Source: Tubulanus polymorphus | Taxonomy: Eukaryota > Animalia > Nemertea | Direction of reading: 5' to 3' | Length of the DNA stretch: 64,000 bases | Assembly (NCBI RefSeq): GCF_964204645.1 | Contig: NC_134032.1 | Span: forward strand, 9,970,275-10,034,274 | Shown here: in pieces, positions 59,684 through 64,000 of the stretch | Layout of the letters: each line of letters begins with the position of its first letter | Position numbering within the stretch: position 1 is the stretch's first letter | Made by a program: the position numbers and the translations under genes | The notes under the pieces: generated by a model | The model's database searches: none | What the model was told of the DNA's origin: nothing | The model's input: the letters and a program-made list of their open reading frames with translations, nothing else

Positions 59684-61930
59684 TATTTACGCATAATACA
59701 TAATTTGTTTACGATAATAACTATGATAATACGTTTAGAGGCTATTAGCAAGTTTTTAAGACGGGCGCAATTATCATTCTTTAGTCATCAACCAAGACAT
59801 CCATTCTAGTCTAATTGTCCTCGACTACCAGACGATATCTTTTTTTTATGAATTATTGCCAGCGTTTGTTTCGAGCGATCAGAATTCGGTAATTTTTCGC
59901 CTACACGCGACGTCAGTCGGATTCATTGTTTCGGAGGACATTGACGTTGATACTCATTCGCCAATCTCACACATAGCTGGATTTGTCATCGCAGACGAAG
60001 CCTTCAGGTTGGTAAAACATGTTTCCTTTTGCTCTGGAAAAAGAGAAGTGAATTCATTATTCATTATTGCTTGTGAGACGAAACTCTATTCTGGATCTGC
60101 ACCTCTCAAATCCCAGCTACAAGCGATGATAGACAAGATATCTAGAATCGTAGAAAGGCATACAAAGAAAATTTTACTTAAACTGCATTATTGTACCATA
60201 AGTTGAGTTGAGTTGATTTTTGTCATTTTTATTATAGTCAAGCGAACATAATATCTTTAAGCTATTTTTGGTTATATATTTAAGCGAACAACATAAGACC
60301 GACCAGTCTTTGCTCTTTTTGAATCTGCATCCAATTTAAGGCCATTCTAACGGTTCAAGATCACCATAGGACTTAAATCACGTCTGGGCTGGCTTAAGTT
60401 TATACAACTGGCCCCATGGTTTAAAACTACAAACTCTGCTACTAAGTTCTACGCGTTAGATTTTCCCTCCGATGGAGTTGCAAGATTTAGAACTGATACG
60501 TTGTTTGTTTTTTTCTTCCATGTTACGCTTTACCAGGATGTCGAAATTGTTGGCGTTGATGTTTGTCTGTGGACTCGCGGTCCACGCGCATGCCTGTAAG
60601 TATAGTCATAAAAATGATGATAATTCTCGTGTTGATGATAATGTTTTGTTGGTATCACCAAAAGAAAATAATGTAAACAATATTTTACGAGTTAGAAATT
60701 TAAGGAATTGATGTAAGGCAAAGACATTGCAACCTAATCATTGTCTGCTCTCATCATAGCACACAAGTGTTATTGCCTCTTTCTATAAAGCCTTCTTTTC
60801 TGTGTTCCATTCGTCACTTGTGACATTTTCATCTGGGTAGAGATTAGTCGACGGAAATGTTTACCCGATTTCGTTGTTACGACCTTGAACCTTGGTTTTC
60901 AGTCGTCACTGACAGGCGCAGACGATGGCAACGTCAATGATTTTCGTCAAATATCTCGTCACTCACTCATCGCTCCTTTAGATCGCCTTGCCTCTCTTGT
61001 CACCCTTTCTTTCTTTCCTCTTGTACATTTCTCTCTATGCCCGTAATCATCTTGCCCAGCGTCTCATCAACTCTCCCTCTCCTTATCCTTGAGTTCATTA
61101 TCTCGCTAACTTGTACCATCTTGCTATTCTCTGTCCCCTTTCAATATATCGTCGGTTTCTTCTCGTTTCCCTTCTACTTTTTTTTGTAATTCACACCATG
61201 CTCTGACATTTCGATAAAAAATCTGTTTTTAAAGCTTAACTTAGCATGAAATATTTATTTTCAGTTATTGCGGGAGTTCGACAAAGTATGTAAGTAATTC
61301 AAGACTTCGACGACGACAATTCTCCTAGAAAAAATTATAAAGAATTAATAACGTCTTAATCCAACATTAAAGACAATACAGTTTTCCTCCTGGGAAAGAC
61401 TCGACTGCACACGGTATTCCGTTTTGTTTCAGGGACGCAGCGAACGGTATTTCCAAAAGAACGGCAGAATTCACAGAAGCGAAACGTGACATTCAAGATA
61501 GGTACATACCGAGACCATTCAAATTTCCATATCAAAGCGATTCTGTGAAATCCCCCCACTCCGTAACGGCATTACGCTTCCAGAAAAGATGGCTGCTTTC
61601 TTAAGTTGTCAATCAATAGATTATACCTTCTTAAATGGCTACTTTTAACGACGACATAGGGTTATATCTTTTGAATTTATGTTCCCATCATTTTTATGAT
61701 CCAATAAGCTCGGTGCACATAGCGACCATAGTTATCTTTCCGCCAATTGATATCATGTCGTTTTCCTTCATGATTTTCAGACCAATTTGACTGAAGACGA
61801 AAGGCCGTACTTGAATCCTCCTCCCCCACCTATAACGTCATGGGGTTATATAAATAGATGGGGTCAGGCTGAAGATGAAATGAAGCCCATTTCGATTTAG
61901 AGATTAGAATAACTCATGCGTCAAAGTTCA
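59684..61930 (+). repeat. tandem segmental duplicate of ~51830-54240 plus a short homolog of ~55426-55480
   Basis: upstream DNA, exons and introns align colinearly with the first copy. Confidence 0.9.
60538..61501 (+). CDS. paralogous prepropeptide (signal + pro exons only), possibly truncated or a pseudogene; join(60538-60595,61265-61289,61433-61501)
   Basis: MSKLLALMFVCGLAVHAHA-FIAGVRQSM-DAANGISKRTAEFTEAKRDIQD; same exon sizes 58/25/69 and intact splice sites; no Cys-rich exon follows within the window. Confidence 0.75.
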
Positions 61931-64000
61931 ATCTTTGGTCTACAGTGAAAAGAACAGTTTTGTTAAGTTTAGGTTTTTTTTAATGAAACCCCATGTTTCT
62001 ATTCTAATGTCTGACGTAAATCCCCTTATGACATCATCGTCGGAATTCGTCGTAACTAAAATCGGGCCATGATGGAAGATTCCCCTATTCTGAATAAACC
62101 GAATTGTTTCATTAATCTTAAGATATCTACATCCTCTCATTTTAGGGACAAAACGGTCAGTGTAGAGGAAAGCGCTGAGAAACGGGATGCAGATTGTTGT
62201 TAGTAAGAATCTATTAATGCACTAAACCTCATTGATTCCCAAACAACATCTAGAAAACCGAATGCCGTATAAAAAGTTATTTAGAAATAACGTTACATGA
62301 CGCATGAGGGCTGCAATATAACATTTGTAGTAAAACCGGTTTTGAAGTCAGAATTTTTCTAAAAAGTGTTATTAGTTGAACTAACGTACCGAGTTCGAAC
62401 CCCACTTTAACAGTCCCATTTCTGACATCCTGACATGTTATTCTCTCCTTGTGAAAATTCTAAAGCGGTTCACAAGAAGAAGATGCCGGTTCAGTGAAAA
62501 GAATTGCCAACAGTCAGCCTGCACTAGAAGCGGGAAAAAGAAACCCGTAAGTTTCCGTACCCCACTTTAAATGTATGAATGATCCATATAAATTTGAAAT
62601 CCCGTACATGAGGTAGCGTTGCATCAAGGTATCTGGCGAAAGTGTGGGTTAAAAATGCGGCAGTTTACTGCCGTGTTCGCGGGCACAGCTGATAAATTGA
62701 TAGCACCGAATTGTTAGTGAAAGTCTAATATTAGCACGACTGGAATACTTGTTTTATCGCCATCAATTGAAGTAATTTAATGATCCGTTTTAGAGCCTGG
62801 TTATCTCATCCTCACACGGCAGGTATTCGAACCTGATGGCATCGCTACACTCGCACAGTGCCGCGGCACGAACCCCTGCCACAGTAGACCGGGTGCGCAG
62901 GTACATGCGCAGCTTTGCCGCACGAAAACTTGCGGCACAAATCAGATTGCTCGTTGTATAATCGCCGAGATAAATTTCACGGAAGAACTATAAATGGGAA
63001 AACCCGTGCTAAAATAAAACGGGATAGCTGATTGGCAAATAAGGACATCATCTAAGCTGCGCGTGTAGCTGTGCACTCGACGTATCGGCCCCACCGCGCG
63101 GGATTTACGCGAAGCAGCAAACACAAACATGGCCACTCTCTCAATTTTCAATGATAGAAATCGTGTGTGAATTTCAATTATTTCGGCTGTTAGGGGTTTA
63201 AGGCACAATATAAGTTGATGATGTGGTATGGCGATGTTAATTAATGATAATTCCGCAGTGAAGCTAGTCACGAACGGTGCCGATTGAGTGTACAGCTGCC
63301 AAAAACACTGAAATGTGCGTAGTTGCGTAACTATTTGCAGTGAATTGCAGACGAAACATGAAGCCTTAACGGCCGTTTAAAAAAAATTATACCAATCGCA
63401 ATTGTAAAATAAAAATGAGAACCTAAGTTAAAATTCTGGCCATTTCTAAAATGTTATTACTAATTTTTAGTCAGTGCCGAACGTTTAGTTTTCCAACAAT
63501 AATGAGGGGTGGTAGGTAGTCATGCAATTCAAGTCATCATTTATTACACGTTACTTCCGTGTTGTTGAAAATCTCGCGAGTCCTGGACCAAACCCCAATG
63601 AACAATGTAATCTGTGTGCTGGCAACAAATGCACACAGATCACACTACACTATCCATTACACACTCCAGTACCCACAGCTTTCATATATCCATCCAAATA
63701 TTTAGAGTGTCTTTCTTCCTGGGTCTAGTGTGGCATACCAGTAATAGGGAAAGTGGGCTTTCATACCAGAGGTCGAAGGTCGAGACACCACTCATCACCA
63801 CAAGTAATTTTTTTCTCTTATAAATGGGGGATAGAAAAGCATTCTTAGCAACAAGAAATAACAGAATAAAACCAGCAAAAAAACAATTTGAAATAAAAAA
63901 GTTAGTTGATGTTACAAAAGAAATTGAACATAAAATATTGAAATTAGAAAAGATAAAAACTAAATATGGAGAGAAAGTATTAGCTAATTTAAGCTACTGC

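Noticed and set aside
63590-63645. Cys-containing stretch EQCNLCAGNKCTQ as the paralog's missing knot exon
   Set aside because: Only three Cys, no CC pair and no suitable acceptor or pro region

Overview
Eukaryotic (animal, probably invertebrate/spiralian) genomic DNA: AT-rich, spliced genes, dense in short transposon relics. All gene models were reconstructed by hand from GT-AG boundaries and codon phase; no database search was run. (1) 508-15533 (+): 3' portion of an OXR1/NCOA7/mustard-family TLDc gene, 11 core exons giving 850 aa in frame. It has four frame-preserving candidate microexons (27, 6, 12, 33 nt) in one intron and a candidate alternative start exon for a TLDc-only isoform. (2) ~22780-26292: an inverted-repeat-bounded element carrying a spliced Ulp1/SENP-like (C48) cysteine protease. 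(3) 44328-31655 (-): a divergent 151-aa four-EF-hand calmodulin-like gene with RFX X-boxes upstream. (4) 53075-56823 (+), the most striking feature: a secreted prepropeptide (signal peptide, acidic KR-punctuated propeptide) whose mature part is four tandem inhibitor-cystine-knot domains (24 Cys), one displaying RGDS, i.e. a 'quadruple-knot' toxin-like protein. (5) 60538-61900: a tandem paralog that keeps the signal/propeptide exons but has no knot exon at the homologous position; a decayed LINE lies between the two copies. Also present: minisatellites, nested MITEs (piggyBac-, Harbinger-, hAT-, Tc1-like), Penelope-like fragments with hammerhead-like cores, and arrays of CTCF-like motifs.
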